A stretch of DNA of 55,983 nucleotides, the filler included, from Stramenopiles sp. TOSAG23-6 (lineage: Eukaryota): assembly GCA_900128565.1 (NCBI GenBank). It is 4 parts of 4 records of this genome, joined end to end, with 100 filler letters (N's around TTAATTAATTAA, not from the genome) between each part and the next. Parts side by side here need not be neighbours in the genome. Positions count along the whole stretch, not along the records: positions 28,116 to 42,004 come from LT636154.1; positions 42,105 to 55,983 come from LT636155.1; 2 more parts are not named here. One strand, given 5' to 3'. Below the pieces are notes generated by a model, which did no database searches, was not told the DNA's origin, and worked only from the letters and a program-made list of their open reading frames with translations. Position numbers and translations under genes: made by a program. The first letter of the stretch is position 1. The number at the start of each line of letters is the position of its first letter. Below are positions 35,357 through 47,510 of the stretch, in pieces.

Positions 35357-36108
35357 ATGCCATCTCACAAGACTTTCAAAACCAAGCGCACGCTCGCTAA
35401 GAAGCAGCGTCAAAATCGCCCAATCCCACAGTGGATCCGCCTTCGCACGGACAACAAAATCAGGTAAGTCACTTCTTCCATTGTATAGAATCTTTACGTT
35501 TCCAGCTCTTGGTGAATATAGCCCACCTATTCTATAATTATCTTTTTGGTATGTATACATCCCAATATTCGGATATATATTTGACATATATACTTAAAAT
35601 ATTTCTGTATATGCCGATGCGGGATGTATTTATACCCAGTGTTAAGTCTTTTCTACCTCAGGTGGAAGACATTTCCCAACTTTTCGTATGTTCTAGAAGT
35701 CTGACTTGTTCTAGAAGTCTGACTTGTTTTAGAAGTCTGACATAGCGTTTGTTGCTAAAGTATACGTGTCTCAAATTCTTGTATCGTGTATCATTACATT
35801 TGATGAACATTATAGTAAGATTACTGTATAATGATATCATAGGTAGTACAAGAAGTTGTAGACATGTACTACTGACTGCACTCTAGACTTACGGTTTTAT
35901 CGTGGCTTGTTTCCTGATATTTATTGAATAATATTCTACAAACAACTCGTTACTATACATATTTCCCCGTATATTAAAGGACATATGTTATTCTTGTATC
36001 ACCAAAGACTTATCTATTAACATTTTTCTACACGTTATACTATATTTCCATCACAATAGGTACAATGCTAAACGTCGTCACTGGCGTCGCACTAAACTTG
36101 GTCTCTAA
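35357..36108 (+). CDS. RPL39: 60S ribosomal protein L39; exons 35357-35463, 36060-36108 (missed by the ORF track)
   Basis: [51 protein letters not shown]. Canonical GTAAGT...TAG intron 35464-36059. Confidence 0.97.
35691..35741 (+). repeat. 18-bp tandem repeat, about three copies, in the RPL39 intron
   Basis: ttctagaagtctgacttg units. Confidence 0.85.
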
Positions 36109-36502
36109 ATGGCGTTATATCTGAAACTGATATCAATATATATATATATGTAATACTGTCTTGGACTACGTGTTTGAGGCATGTATGATGTTGTAGAAAT
36201 TGATTGAATATTAATGATGTAAGGTTAAAGGTAAAAAAGTATGGATGGTAATTTAGTATTGTTGGTTGAAGAGTGCGAATTTTTGAACGAAAACAGATTT
36301 ATTTTATTGTCTCCATTCTATTCTTAGAGTGTTGGAACTAAAAAGAAAGAGTAATCTTGAGTTTTTTTATATTGTTTTATATTGTTTTCTTTTATTTTCG
36401 ACTTTACGTGTAAATTTGAAATTTCGTCTTGACAACTTACGAGATAGTAAATTTTAGTATTATTATCGAGTTAGTTCACACCAACCACTTTCAGCATTAT
36501 AC

Positions 36503-37687
36503 TTAAAACCACAATCGTAGTAAAATAAAAAATAAACCCAACAAAAGCACTGAAATAGAAATATGCCTCCCACTTGTGTCATAATCGGCAAGAGTAGTAG
36601 AAGAAACATCATCATCTGCATTAACTGAAGCTTGAAGACGACGAGATGTGTCACTAGAAGCTAATGGTAGAAACCGTTTCTCTTCCAAGTACTTGCTACT
36701 CGCACCTTCAGGGGAACCCAAATCAGTTAAACTTAGAAATGTTTTGGCTAGCTTTACTGTTACAGGTGATGGACAACGAAATAACTCAGAATCCATAATT
36801 TTCTCCCAAATATCTTGGGGAAGTCCGGGCCTGAACTGAAGGTGAGGGCTTGCGTAATCGTTTAATTTTTCATGTCCATCCTTTAGTAATCCCTTGAGTA
36901 CTAATTGTTTCAAAAGAAAAATTTTCTTTATCACTTTATTACCCTCACTTGACATCAGTTTCTTATACGCTGGTAATAATGTAGCCCAACGTGGAGCCCT
37001 AAGCCTTTTATGCTCATGAAAACTCCATATGGCAGCAGTTTTAATGATGTCATTTTCTTGAAGTTTCTTTGAAAGTGCCCAATATGCATTGGCATCCGTT
37101 TTTACAGCATTAAACGCTACATCGAAATCATTTCGAAAGCGTCGTGGAAGAATCTTTACCAGTGGTACAACGTCATTTATTAGTTTCTTTTGTTTTGCAG
37201 CGGCCAAAACCATACTGTAATTTTTTAAAAATTTGGGAGCGTGCCTGATAGCAAGAGGACTTGACTTTATTGCAGCCTCCACAACCTCCTTATCACTTTT
37301 AAATTTATTCAAAAGTCTAAGGAATTCACCATTAGCTCTAACAGCATTCAAGGCAAATCGCCTGTCTTCCAAAAGTGTTCTTGGTAACTCGACAAATAGT
37401 TTATCGAGCTCTCTGAATAATATATTGTGATGATCGTTCAAAGTAAGATCTCTCAAAAGAGTTAGAATTGCATCCTCTAAACATTTTAAAGAAGCTTCAC
37501 CTTTCTGAAAAGCATCTTTTACTTCTGCTAGTGATTCTCTGGCATTATGCTCTTCCTCTAGTTCTTCTACAAGTTCCTCTTCCGACGAGGAATCGGAAAA
37601 CTCCATCGCCATCGAATAGTATGCACTTGATCCTAATATTAATACAAACAACAATACACAATGTTTCATTTGTGCCCCAGGACGCAT
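36503..37687 (-). CDS. DUF4116-repeat-like protein with signal peptide and hydrophobic C-terminus
   Basis: DRRFALNAVRANG, SDKEVVEAAIKSSPLAIRHA, NDFDVAFNAVK repeats. Confidence 0.65.
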   Translation of the reverse strand: MRPGAQMKHCVLLFVLILGSSAYYSMAMEFSDSSSEEELVEELEEEHNARESLAEVKDAFQKGEASLKCLEDAILTLLRDLTLNDHHNILFRELDKLFVELPRTLLEDRRFALNAVRANGEFLRLLNKFKSDKEVVEAAIKSSPLAIRHAPKFLKNYSMVLAAAKQKKLINDVVPLVKILPRRFRNDFDVAFNAVKTDANAYWALSKKLQENDIIKTAAIWSFHEHKRLRAPRWATLLPAYKKLMSSEGNKVIKKIFLLKQLVLKGLLKDGHEKLNDYASPHLQFRPGLPQDIWEKIMDSELFRCPSPVTVKLAKTFLSLTDLGSPEGASSKYLEEKRFLPLASSDTSRRLQASVNADDDVSSTTLADYDTSGRHISISVLLLGLFFILLRLWF

Positions 37688-37997
37688 TGTGTGTGGTACG
37701 TGGTGGCACTCGTAGACTTTTTATCTCAAACGATACCCTTTATGCCCTTAAAAAAAAATGATTCGATTCATTCCATTTTTTTGAAAATTGATTTTGAACA
37801 GCTCATTTTTGGAAATATTCGCCGGCGGCCCACTTTTTTCAGAAAAAATAGATTTTGAATTATTGTCTTTCAAAACAACAATTGATATCAAGGATTACAA
37901 TAGATTTGTTGCCAATAATAAAATAAGATAAGTCATTTCTTTGAATAGGTTAAAGTGGATGAAATCATACACCAATAGATATATTGAATAATCAACA

Positions 37998-40793
37998 ATG
38001 AAGGAAATTTTGCGTTTCACATTAACCGTGTTGATCGTGCTCCTGTGCGGAGAAGTCCGTTCTTTAACACTTACTTGCGAAGCCGGTTTTACAGGTGCAT
38101 TTTGTCAATTTAAATGCCCCGATAAATGCAGTAGTCACGGTCGTTGTTACATATCAAAAAGGAATAAACCTCTTTGTAAGTGTGAACCTGGTTTTTCTGG
38201 TACTGCTTGTAAAGAAACTGAGAAATGTCCACGAACTTGTGGTGATAATGGTGTATGCCGCCAAGGCAATTGTTTATGTAACCCTGGATTTACTGGTACT
38301 CAGTGTAAAACAGAGAAAAAATGTACAAATAATTGCAACGGCAAAGGCTTATGTTATAGAGGATTGTGTCACTGTTACCCGGGTTACTCTGGTAAGCAGT
38401 GTACTAAGAAGTTAGCGTGTCCTTCTAATTGTTCTGGACATGGCATATGTAGATGGGGTAAGTGCCAATGTGAAAAAAATATATCTGGTGACGCGTGTAA
38501 TCAATTTATAGGAGAAAGCACATGTATATCAGATAGTACAGGTGTTGTATGTAATAATAATGGAGTTTGTCTGAATGGAACTTGTTGGTGCCGTCCATAT
38601 TTTAGTGGCACCTTCTGTGAAATATTACAGAAAACGAATCACTATGTTGATTCAATAGAAAAGCCAAAGTCATTAATATCCTTGATGGATGTATGTCTTC
38701 ATCATGATTTCTTTATATATTTTTTTTACTAAGAAAATTTTGTACCTCACGATTTTTTTTTTACAAACAAAAAATATTTTTCACAATATATATTAGTTGT
38801 GGAACAAATTTGTGCAATGGTCGTGGGTTGTGTATTTATGGCAAATGTATTTGCCAAAAAGATTTTTCTGGTGATAATTGTGAAATTTTTATCCCACTCA
38901 AATGCCCTAAAAATTGTTCCGATAAGGGTATTTGCCATAATGGTAAATGTTTATGTTACCCCGGTTATTCGGGTATTTCTTGTAGAGAACTAGATACTTG
39001 TTTGAAAGATTGTAATCTTGATAATGGAAAATGTTTTAATGGGTTTTGTTACTGTTATCCTGGTTTCTCTGGGCCTCTCTGTGATATAAAGGACAGTTGC
39101 CCCCTTGATTGCAGTGGTCATGGAATTTGTGAATCTCCACCCGGAGTTTGTGCATGTGAACATGGGTATGAAGGCAAAGCGTGTGAGATAGCATATCAAC
39201 ATGATACATGTATGTTTTATGTTTTTTCAAATTCGATTTTTGTTTCGTACGAAATGTCGTACCTAACGATTTTTCTTTCAAATATTTTTCCAAAATACAT
39301 GCCCAAATAATTGTAATAATCATGGTACGTGTAATTTCGGTAAATGTTACTGCATGGCAGGGTGGTCTGGAACGGAATGTAATATAAAATCTTCGGCTTG
39401 TCTCAATGATTGTGGAGGCAATGGGCAATGTGTTAATGGAAAATGTTTTTGTCATCCATCATACACTGGTGTAAGTTGTGCCATTAGTGTTCTCTGCAAT
39501 GATGGCCTAGGATGTGGTTCTTTTGGTATATGTTTTGGAGGTAAATGCTTCTGCATGAATGGGTCCATTAGCTCTGACTGCAATGTAAGTAATTTGGATT
39601 TAAGTCTAAATGGATTTGAAGTAGCCCAAGCATCATTGTGTCCAATGTCTTGTTCTTTTCAAGGTATATGTTTTAAAGGTGTATGTTTGTGTCTTCCTGG
39701 CCACTACGGTAGTGATTGCTCATCAAATTTATTACCAAATGAGAAAAAAGAAAATAGTAGTCATAATATTGTTACTTTTGATCATTCAAAAAACAATTGT
39801 CCAAACTCTTGTGGTGGGTCTGAACGGGGGCTTTGTTTTTTGCAAAGGTGTTTTTGTTACCCTCCATTTGGTGGGGTAGATTGTACTGAATATGTACCTG
39901 AGGCATGTCCTGAACAATGCTCATTTCAAGGTGTGTGTATGTATGGCAAATGTTTCTGTAATGCTGGTTTTCACGGGGTAACATGTAATATGGCATCAAA
40001 TTGTAAAAACAATTGTAACAAAAACGGGATATGTATTAATGGTCGATGTGAGTGCTTTTCAAATGCAACTGGAGATCATTGTGAAAATGCCTGTCTTTTG
40101 AATTGTTCGGGTCCAGAAAGAGGCAAATGTGTAGAGTCAAAATGTAGTTGTAATTTAGGATTTACCGGTAAAGCTTGCGAAAACATGAATGCTATTACAG
40201 ATATTAACTGGTTTGATGCACAAGCTCATAATATGAAAAATAATACTTTTCGGTTTCGTTCAAGCAGAAATGCAAATAAAGAATCATCTATAGTGGAGCA
40301 CCCAATTCACTATAATAAATTAAGTGAATCATCTATGAATTCACCAGATGTGCATATCAATAATATAGATCATATAACACCTATTACAAAGAAATCTAAT
40401 TTTGATAGGCCAGATTTAATATGTAACAATAATTGTAATGGGCATGGCGTATGTAATAAAGGTAAATGTCTGTGCCATCCTGAGTTTTCCACACCATTTT
40501 GCGATAAAAAGCTCGACTGTAAACCACTAAATTGTTCATCACATGGTATGTGTCGGTTTGGCCAATGTTTTTGCGACCTCGGCTTTAAAGGACCGAACTG
40601 TACCTTAGTTGATGATTTTGCGAATAAATTATGCCCCGGTACAAATGTTGATGGAATTCCTTGTAATGGTACAGGATTGTGCAGAAATAAAACTTGTTTT
40701 TGTAATCCAGGATATACTGGAAATGATTGCTCTCTGAAAAAATCATATAAAAACTGCCCAAATGATTGTTATGGCTGGGGTCAATGTATATAT
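37998..40793 (+). CDS. Secreted tenascin-like EGF-repeat protein, 3' end missing; exons 37998-38690, 38792-39209, 39301-40793
   Basis: Signal peptide and more than 20 CPxxCSGHGxCxxGxCxCxxGFTGxxC-type repeats; Cys spacing is preserved across the introns. Confidence 0.88.
38691..38791 (+). other. Non-canonical intron GT...TAT
   Basis: gat|gtatgtcttcat...ttgtacctcac...caatatat|att, in frame. Confidence 0.82.
39210..39300 (+). other. Non-canonical intron GT...CAT
   Basis: aca t|gtatgtttt...gtacgaaatgtcgtacctaac...aaaatacat|gc cca restores TCPNNCNNHG. Confidence 0.9.
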
Positions 40794-40891
40794 GTACGTT
40801 TCATATGAATTTCTAATTTAAGTTTTTTTTTCATACGAAATTTCGTACCTAACGATTTTTTTACAGAAAAAAAATATGTTTCATAATACAT
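40794..40891 (+). other. AT-ended intron-like segment linking two unrelated genes
   Basis: The donor belongs to the EGF gene (phase 0) and the acceptor precedes the Pif1 exon (phase 2). Confidence 0.7.
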
Positions 40892-41985
40892 GGATGTTAT
40901 TATTATTGATGAAGTGAGTATGTTATCTGGCGAAATGTTTGACAATTTGATTACTGTTTTATGTCATCTACGGCATGTTAAGGACGTAAAAACTGGAGAG
41001 CTTCACAAACACATTTCATGTTTACCACAAATAATTCTTGTTGGTGATTTTTTTCAACTTCCTCCAATATCTGAAACAATACCTGCATCAATCCAACTTT
41101 TAGAACCTGTTTCTGTTAAACGTTCATTGGTTAAGTCATTATTAGTATCAAGAGAGAATAAGTATTGTCCTTTTAATAATCAAAGGGGAGTTTTTATTGA
41201 AATAAGACAAAATAAGAAGAATCTGAAAACTCCGAAACCTTTTCAAGTGCCTATACACACGAATAGAGGCTGGGCATTTGAATCCGAATCTTGGCAGCAG
41301 TTAGATATCATTTGTATTTGTCTTGATAAAGTACATCGTCAATCTGATAAAGTGTTTATTTCTGCACTAAATGCAATTCGATATGGCAAACATACTGATG
41401 AACAACTTAATTTATTTGATTCATGTGTAGATTGGGGTGATAATAATATCAATAATAGTAACAATAATAGTAATAATAATAACAATAATAATAGTAACAA
41501 TAATAGTAATAATAATAGTATCAATAATAATAATGATATAATTCGTGATACAAAGGCAATTGTGAAGTTGAGAGCTACGAATAAAGAAGCTGATACAATC
41601 AATCAAGATGAAATGAAAAAATTGCATTTGGAAAAGNNNNNNNNNNNNNNNNNNNNNNNNNNNNNNNNNNNCTGTTGCGTTTGATGAAAACTTCCCAGAA
41701 AACTATTCCGATATTGTTGCACACAACTTGGCTACTACTGGCTCATTTTGGAAGGTTGACTGTCCAGCTAAAGGTAAAATCATTCTCAAAATAAATACTC
41801 GAGTCATGTTACTGAGAAATATCGATTTAGGCGTTCAAGGATTTGCAGAAAATGGAAAAAGTAAAAAACTAGTAAACGGAAGTATTGGTATAGTCAAACG
41901 GTGGGCTTCAATAGATGAAATATTTATTGCAGTTTGTAAAGTAATTGGTGCTCCCGAGAAAAGTGTAGAAGAATGCAAAGAATAA
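40892..41985 (+). CDS. Pif1-family DNA helicase, internal fragment with a gap
   Basis: IIIDEVSM, VGDFFQLPPI, VHRQSD, TNKEADTIN, VMLLRNI, LVNGSIG. Walker A is absent. Confidence 0.88.
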
Positions 41986-42004
41986 AAAAAAAAAAATATT
42001 GAAA

Positions 42005-42104
42005 NNNNNNNNNNNNNNNNNNNNNNNNNNNNNNNNNNNNNNNNNNNNTTAATTAATTAANNNNNNNNNNNNNNNNNNNNNNNNNNNNNNNNNNNNNNNN
42101 NNNN
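42005..42104. other. Artificial contig spacer
   Basis: N-run, TTAATTAATTAA, N-run. Confidence 0.97.
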
Positions 42105-42360
42105 AAAAATTAATTTAAAAAAAAAAAGTTTTTTTTTTTTTTTTTTTATATTTTTATTTTTTTTATTTTTTTTATTTTTTAAACCAAAAAAAAAAAAAAA
42201 AAAAATTTAAAATAAAAAAAAAAAAAAAAAAATTAATTTAAAAAAAAAAAGTTTTTTTTTTTTTTTTTTATATATTTATATTTTTTATATTTTTTATATT
42301 TTGTACCATACAAAAAAAACAAACAAACATTTTCGCATACTATATTTTTGCACACTATAT

Positions 42361-42939
42361 GATGCCACAGTTGCTCTGTATCGAAAGAAAAAAAAGTTTT
42401 CATTTGAATTTACAATTTCATTAACTTGGCGGTTAATTAACCCTAACCCTAACCTAAGAAATATTGCTGAAAGTGGAACTTTTCATCGTACTTCAAGATT
42501 TAAAGGGTTACTCATCGACTCGAGATGGAAAAAAAATCCTGAAGCAGTCAAACATGAAACCCCTAACCCTAGTAATACAGAAAATACAAAAATACAAAAA
42601 CAACAAAAACAACAAAAAATACAAAAACATATAACAGGTATGTCAGGAACAATTTTTTTTCCTGAAGTGAATTGCGATGAGCTAGGGTTAGGGTTAGGAG
42701 TACTGGACAAAACTCAAAAAAATCAAAAAAATCAAAAAAATCAAAAGAGTCCAAAACATTCAAAAAAAAAAAAAAAGATAATTTTTGATGCAACTACATT
42801 CAAGCTCTTGAATACAAAAAATGTTGAGTATTGTGAAGAATTTCAAGAAACACATAAACAAATTAGAAATTCACTTCAAAATACAATATCAAAATCAGTA
42901 CAAATATTTTATTCAAAATTTTGTGAATTTGTGGAATAA
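42361..42939 (+). CDS. Last exon of an Aha1 N-terminal-domain protein (Hsp90 co-chaperone-like)
   Basis: After acceptor cacactatat: DATVALYRKKK..FEFTISLTW..GTIFFPE resembles Aha1_N. Confidence 0.6.
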   Translation, partial: DATVALYRKKKKFSFEFTISLTWRLINPNPNLRNIAESGTFHRTSRFKGLLIDSRWKKNPEAVKHETPNPSNTENTKIQKQQKQQKIQKHITGMSGTIFFPEVNCDELGLGLGVLDKTQKNQKNQKNQKSPKHSKKKKKIIFDATTFKLLNTKNVEYCEEFQETHKQIRNSLQNTISKSVQIFYSKFCEFVE

Positions 42940-43021
42940 ACAAATTAGAAATTCACTTCAAAGTACAATATCGAAATCAGTACAAATATTTTATTCAAAA
43001 TTTTGTGAATTTGTGGAATAA
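42855..43021 (+). repeat. 82-bp near-perfect tandem duplication of the gene's 3' end
   Basis: caaattagaaattcacttcaaa...gaatttgtggaataa occurs twice. Confidence 0.9.
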
Positions 43022-43266
43022 ATTAAATAATATGTCTCTTTTTAGGCTCTTTTTTTTTTAGGCTCTTTTTGGAGTTCTAAAAATTTAATGGTTTTTTTTT
43101 TTTTTTTTCATTCATAAATTTGAAATTGAAGATTTTTCGAAATTCTAACCCTAACCCTAGGAGGGAGGGACTCTCGCGAAACGAAAAGATACGGACCTCT
43201 GAGAGAGAGATCTCGATCACGTTGTGTACAATTTCAATACTTTTGAAATTGTATCTTCTTTAGAGG

Positions 43267-45473
43267 ATGAATATGTCCAATTCTCCACGGCGACGTACTG
43301 TAAAGGATGCTAGATATAGAACAACTCTTGCCGCTCCTGGTGTTTTTTCTAAAATAAACACGTCCAAGGATTACAAAACAATGCCAATTGTAAGCAAGGG
43401 GAACCTCGTTGGCTCATTGATAGAGTCTTGTTTAGCTCATTCTTCTTCGGCGAGTTCTCCAATAGAATCGATCAGATGTACCAACACAACAGGTACATCG
43501 GACGATTCAACGAAAAATATTACATATTCGGGTAACCCACGTGATTTTTTTAAAACAAAAGAAGCTACTATTTACAACGGACAAAAAACACAAAGAAAGC
43601 ATCTTCTTCGTAAAGCACCGGAAGAACCAGTGACTGAGTTCTTCATACATCNAAAAAAAANCCGTANTTGNCCGTATTATAACACCGAATCAGCATTATC
43701 TACAACATAACGAAATATCTACAGAGTCATATCCTCCACATCCATATCCGTCTGATTGTGTAGGTAGTGAGTTCACAGAGAAAATCCATAAAATGGAAAC
43801 GAAATTATTTTTAGAAACTCAGAAACGACTCAAACTTCGAAAGTCTCTTTTAGAAAAATTAGATACGAAATTTCCTACTATTGATATATGTGATGTACAT
43901 AACGAGGATACAATTCAGTATAATGATAAATTGCAATCTGTAGGAAATTGTTTTGAAATGAAAAATATTGAAGCCCCAATGTGCATTGGTGAAACCTTGA
44001 CCGTAATGAGTGATGAAAAAACAAAATTTAAAAATGAAAATTTCAATATTGTTGATACTATTGTTGATAATATTGTTGATAATACTATTGATAATGAAAT
44101 CAATATCAGCAGCAACAATAGTAACAATACTAATATGAATTCAGTTGAATACAAAAAGTGTATAGTAGAAGATGNAACANTNAATGNAAAAAAAAAAANA
44201 NTTANAAAATGNANTTACAGATTTATTATTGACACGAAAAAACGTACAAGAAGCATCTGGACAATTAAACCTTTCTCAAACGAAATTAAGACAATTAGAA
44301 AACGAACTTTTTAAAATGTTATCTCTTTGTAGATGCATTGATGGAACAAACTTGAAATCTATCAATGAGCTTTCTGAATTGATCCAAGAGCCAATCAAAA
44401 GACATTTTTCTGGATATGATAATTTGGTTTTTATGTACGTTTTTTTTTTTTNTTTTTCATACGAAATGTTGTACCTAACCAAACAAAAAAAATAGACCTT
44501 TTCTTTCAGTATGATATGATGGATGTTTCATGATACTTACTTTTTATTTTTATTCTTTTTTTTTTTTTTTTTTTTTTTTCATGAAACATTTTGTATGAAA
44601 ATGTGTTGCTAATTGTATATATATATTTTTTTTAAATATTTTTTTTTACACAACATTCAAGACAAATTAAAAAAAATGTCAGAATTATTCCTACCTACAC
44701 CGTTAGAAAAGACATTTCAAGACGCTCTCAAACGAACAACTAGAACAAATTCAAATAATTCAAATAATACAAATAATACAAATAATACAAATAATACAAA
44801 TAATACAAATTGTCTTTTAAAAAAAGATGTACAATTACTACACCAAGAAGATAAAGAAAGTATACAATATAATAATAATAATAATAATGATGATTATCCT
44901 ACAGATTTCAACCATCAAAAACATCTCTATTATAAAAAAGATGTAAATAAAGTGATACATAGCCATTCCAATAGTAACCCTAATCCTACTCCTAACGAAT
45001 TCGAAAGATGGTCAAAACATGATTTGAGAGATTTGGTTTGTTTTCAACAACAAAAACAACAAAAACAACAAAAACAACAACAACACAAAAACAATGATTA
45101 TAAAAAAGTGAAAAAAAAAAACGAAAACACTCAAAACACTCAAATGTTTTTTGAAAATAAATTCAAAAAAGCGTCAATTTATGGAATATATAAACGATAT
45201 ATTGTATCTGAACCACCAAAGCAACCAACAAGTACAACAAATACTGTCTGTGTGGAATGTCCAGATGGGGAATTTTTCATGCTAGGCATCTACCACTCGT
45301 CTGAAGGGCACCGACCTTTTGAAGAAATAAATGCTTTTGAAGGGAAAATGGTTGAAGTAATTGGTGTAAAGCATTCAGCCACACCACCAAATTATTATGA
45401 TAAATATGATATCTTGGCAAAAATTACACCTTATATATCAGATTTTACTATAATGGAACATCGAACAGTATAA
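43267..45473 (+). CDS. Hypothetical protein (N-rich, frame-broken sequence); probable GT...CAT intron 44435-44656
   Basis: Consecutive ORFs broken at N bases; ttt at|gtacgt...caacat|t caa is in frame. No family recognised. Confidence 0.5.
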
Positions 45474-45993
45474 TATCGTGTACAATTTCAAATTAGAAAA
45501 TAAAAAAAATATGAAAAAATATAATGATGTCGTGTTTTCTTTCACTCTACGTCTAGGGTTAGGGTTTATCAGTACTCATTTAGTATTAGGGTTAGGGTCG
45601 CTAGATATACTATATATTAAATATTTTTTTGGCAGTGACTCTTTCATTGTTTTGTTGTTTTGTATACGATTGAATAGACTAGTATATTCATAGTGACTTG
45701 CTCTTACACAACTATAAAGACTATACAGTAATAAAAGTTTAAAAAAAAATTCAAAAAAAAAAAAAAAATTTTAAATTAAAAACATAAAAATTTTGAATTA
45801 ATTTTTTTTTATTTTAAACTCCTCGGAGACACATCTTTGTCACCTTGGTAGAAATAAAAAAGTATAAACTTGTCTATATAGTATCTTTCAAAATTGTGTT
45901 TGGGCTAATCTTGCACATTATAGAACACATCAATTTGAAGCTACCCCACGATATTTTAAAAAACACACGAAAATCAGTGTCAATTCTTTCTAA

Positions 45994-47094
45994 TTACTTT
46001 GAAAGATTCTTCGCATAGGGTACAAGAGCCACACGTAAAAACTTTGAAGATGTGTATTTCTTTCTGACGGCCTGCAAATTAGATTTCGTGTTTAAGATAT
46101 GTTCCTTAATTTTATCTGCACAAGTTTGCAGTTCACTGGCTTTGTATCTGGAGTACCTTTCGAGTGTAGGTGTCCACGATTGAGTTTGATTATTTGCTTT
46201 AAGCGCGAGATGTACGCAAGCAGCGGCAATTGTTGACGGAAGGAAACGAAGCATACCATATTCTTGCATCGTTCGCTCACAAAAGAAATGAGCAAGTTTA
46301 TCGGTAGTATTGTCACACTTTGCAGCCTTGATGAATCTTTTAAGGAAGCAGATTGGCGTTGGAACAGTCAACTCAAAGCCGAGAGTGTTCAAGACGAGAC
46401 TTTCCATTTGTAATATTTGGTCGCGTTTATAAGCTCTGTCGGTGATGTATACAAAATCGCGCACTTCAGGAAAGTAGATTTCTTCATACTTTGATGCAAG
46501 TAACATACACGTGACACCAACGAGTTGAAGACGTTGCCGAGCGACGACTTTTCGTTCGAGGAACCTATCGATAAGGTTGACAGTAAGAAAGAGCGTCTCG
46601 GGCATGAGTTTAAATTTGAGGTGAACTTCAACGAGCCAATCGACAAGAATAGCACGCATCTTTTCGTTGATATGCGGTTGATCTTTCATATACGTAGGAG
46701 AAGGACCATTGCGCGATTCAATTTTACGAAAGTAAGCAAAGATATCGTTGACATACTCCGTAACGGCTTGAGGGTTTGAACGATCTCCGGCGTCAATATC
46801 GTGAACATTAGTTCTGTGCTTGTTCAAATGAAGGTGCTTCACTTGCTCGTTAAAGTACGCATCGGACTCACCTGTTGGCTTCTTTACCACGTCCACTTCA
46901 GGTTTTGTACGAAGGGAAGGTTTCTTTACCCCTGGTTTAACACCGGCTAAAGAAGCTGATTTGTCGGAACCAACCTTGTTCGTAATGTCACGAAGACCTC
47001 CTCCACGGCGAGTGGAAACTCCAGCTTTTCCCATCATTACTTCGTTTGCATGAGAGCGAGTATTATGTTGGTAAACATCAGTTGAAGAGTACAT
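45994..47094 (-). CDS. Mitotic B-type cyclin
   Basis: Destruction-box-like RGGGLRDITN; cyclin box MRAILVDWLVEVH, LQLVGVT, ASKYEE. Confidence 0.93.
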   Translation of the reverse strand: MYSSTDVYQHNTRSHANEVMMGKAGVSTRRGGGLRDITNKVGSDKSASLAGVKPGVKKPSLRTKPEVDVVKKPTGESDAYFNEQVKHLHLNKHRTNVHDIDAGDRSNPQAVTEYVNDIFAYFRKIESRNGPSPTYMKDQPHINEKMRAILVDWLVEVHLKFKLMPETLFLTVNLIDRFLERKVVARQRLQLVGVTCMLLASKYEEIYFPEVRDFVYITDRAYKRDQILQMESLVLNTLGFELTVPTPICFLKRFIKAAKCDNTTDKLAHFFCERTMQEYGMLRFLPSTIAAACVHLALKANNQTQSWTPTLERYSRYKASELQTCADKIKEHILNTKSNLQAVRKKYTSSKFLRVALVPYAKNLSK

Positions 47095-47248
47095 GATCAG
47101 ATTAAATGAAGCTGGGGTAAGACGGAGAAAGACGAAGGAGAAGAAAGCGAACTCAACAGTTGTTTTTGTTTTGTGTGTTTGAAGTTTTGAGGAGTAGAAA
47201 AGGATACTGTTGTTGAGCGGCAAAATACATTTGAATTTTGAGGGATTT

Positions 47249-47396
47249 GTATACGAAATTTTCGTACCTAAAGCCAGACAAACCTGCTGCGCGCCAACGT
47301 GACGATCATATTTTTGAGATTCCCGCTTACTTTGATTTTCCAAAATTTTGAGGAGTCAGTGCTCCGATTTTATTTAGGTACAAAAATTTCGTATAC
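47249..47396. mobile_element. MITE-like element: 24-bp terminal inverted repeats made of the intron motif, flanked by ATTT direct repeats
   Basis: gtatacgaaattttcgtacctaaa (47249-47272) versus the reverse complement of 47373-47396, 23/24 identical; ATTT at 47245-47248 and 47397-47400. Confidence 0.55.
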
Positions 47397-47510
47397 ATTT
47401 GACCACGAGTTCGACACACACAACATGATTTCTCTGCTTTGCGTCTTCTTCGCCAGTTGCCTCGTCAAAAGTCAACACAATCAAACTATCCGCATTGATC
47501 ATATTTTGCG

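Noticed and set aside
40892-41985. Pif1 fragment as a Helitron RepHel that mobilises the introns
   Set aside because: No Rep/HUH domain or Helitron ends are visible. The fragment fits a cellular Pif1 and is truncated.
42105-42300. Duplicated poly-A/poly-T block at the start of contig 4
   Set aside because: Low-complexity contig edge, probably an assembly artefact within an intron.
47095-47343. 83-aa N-terminal extension of the cyclin ORF
   Set aside because: Begins at a non-ATG codon and runs through UTR-like sequence and the inverted-repeat element. ATG 47094 precedes the destruction box.
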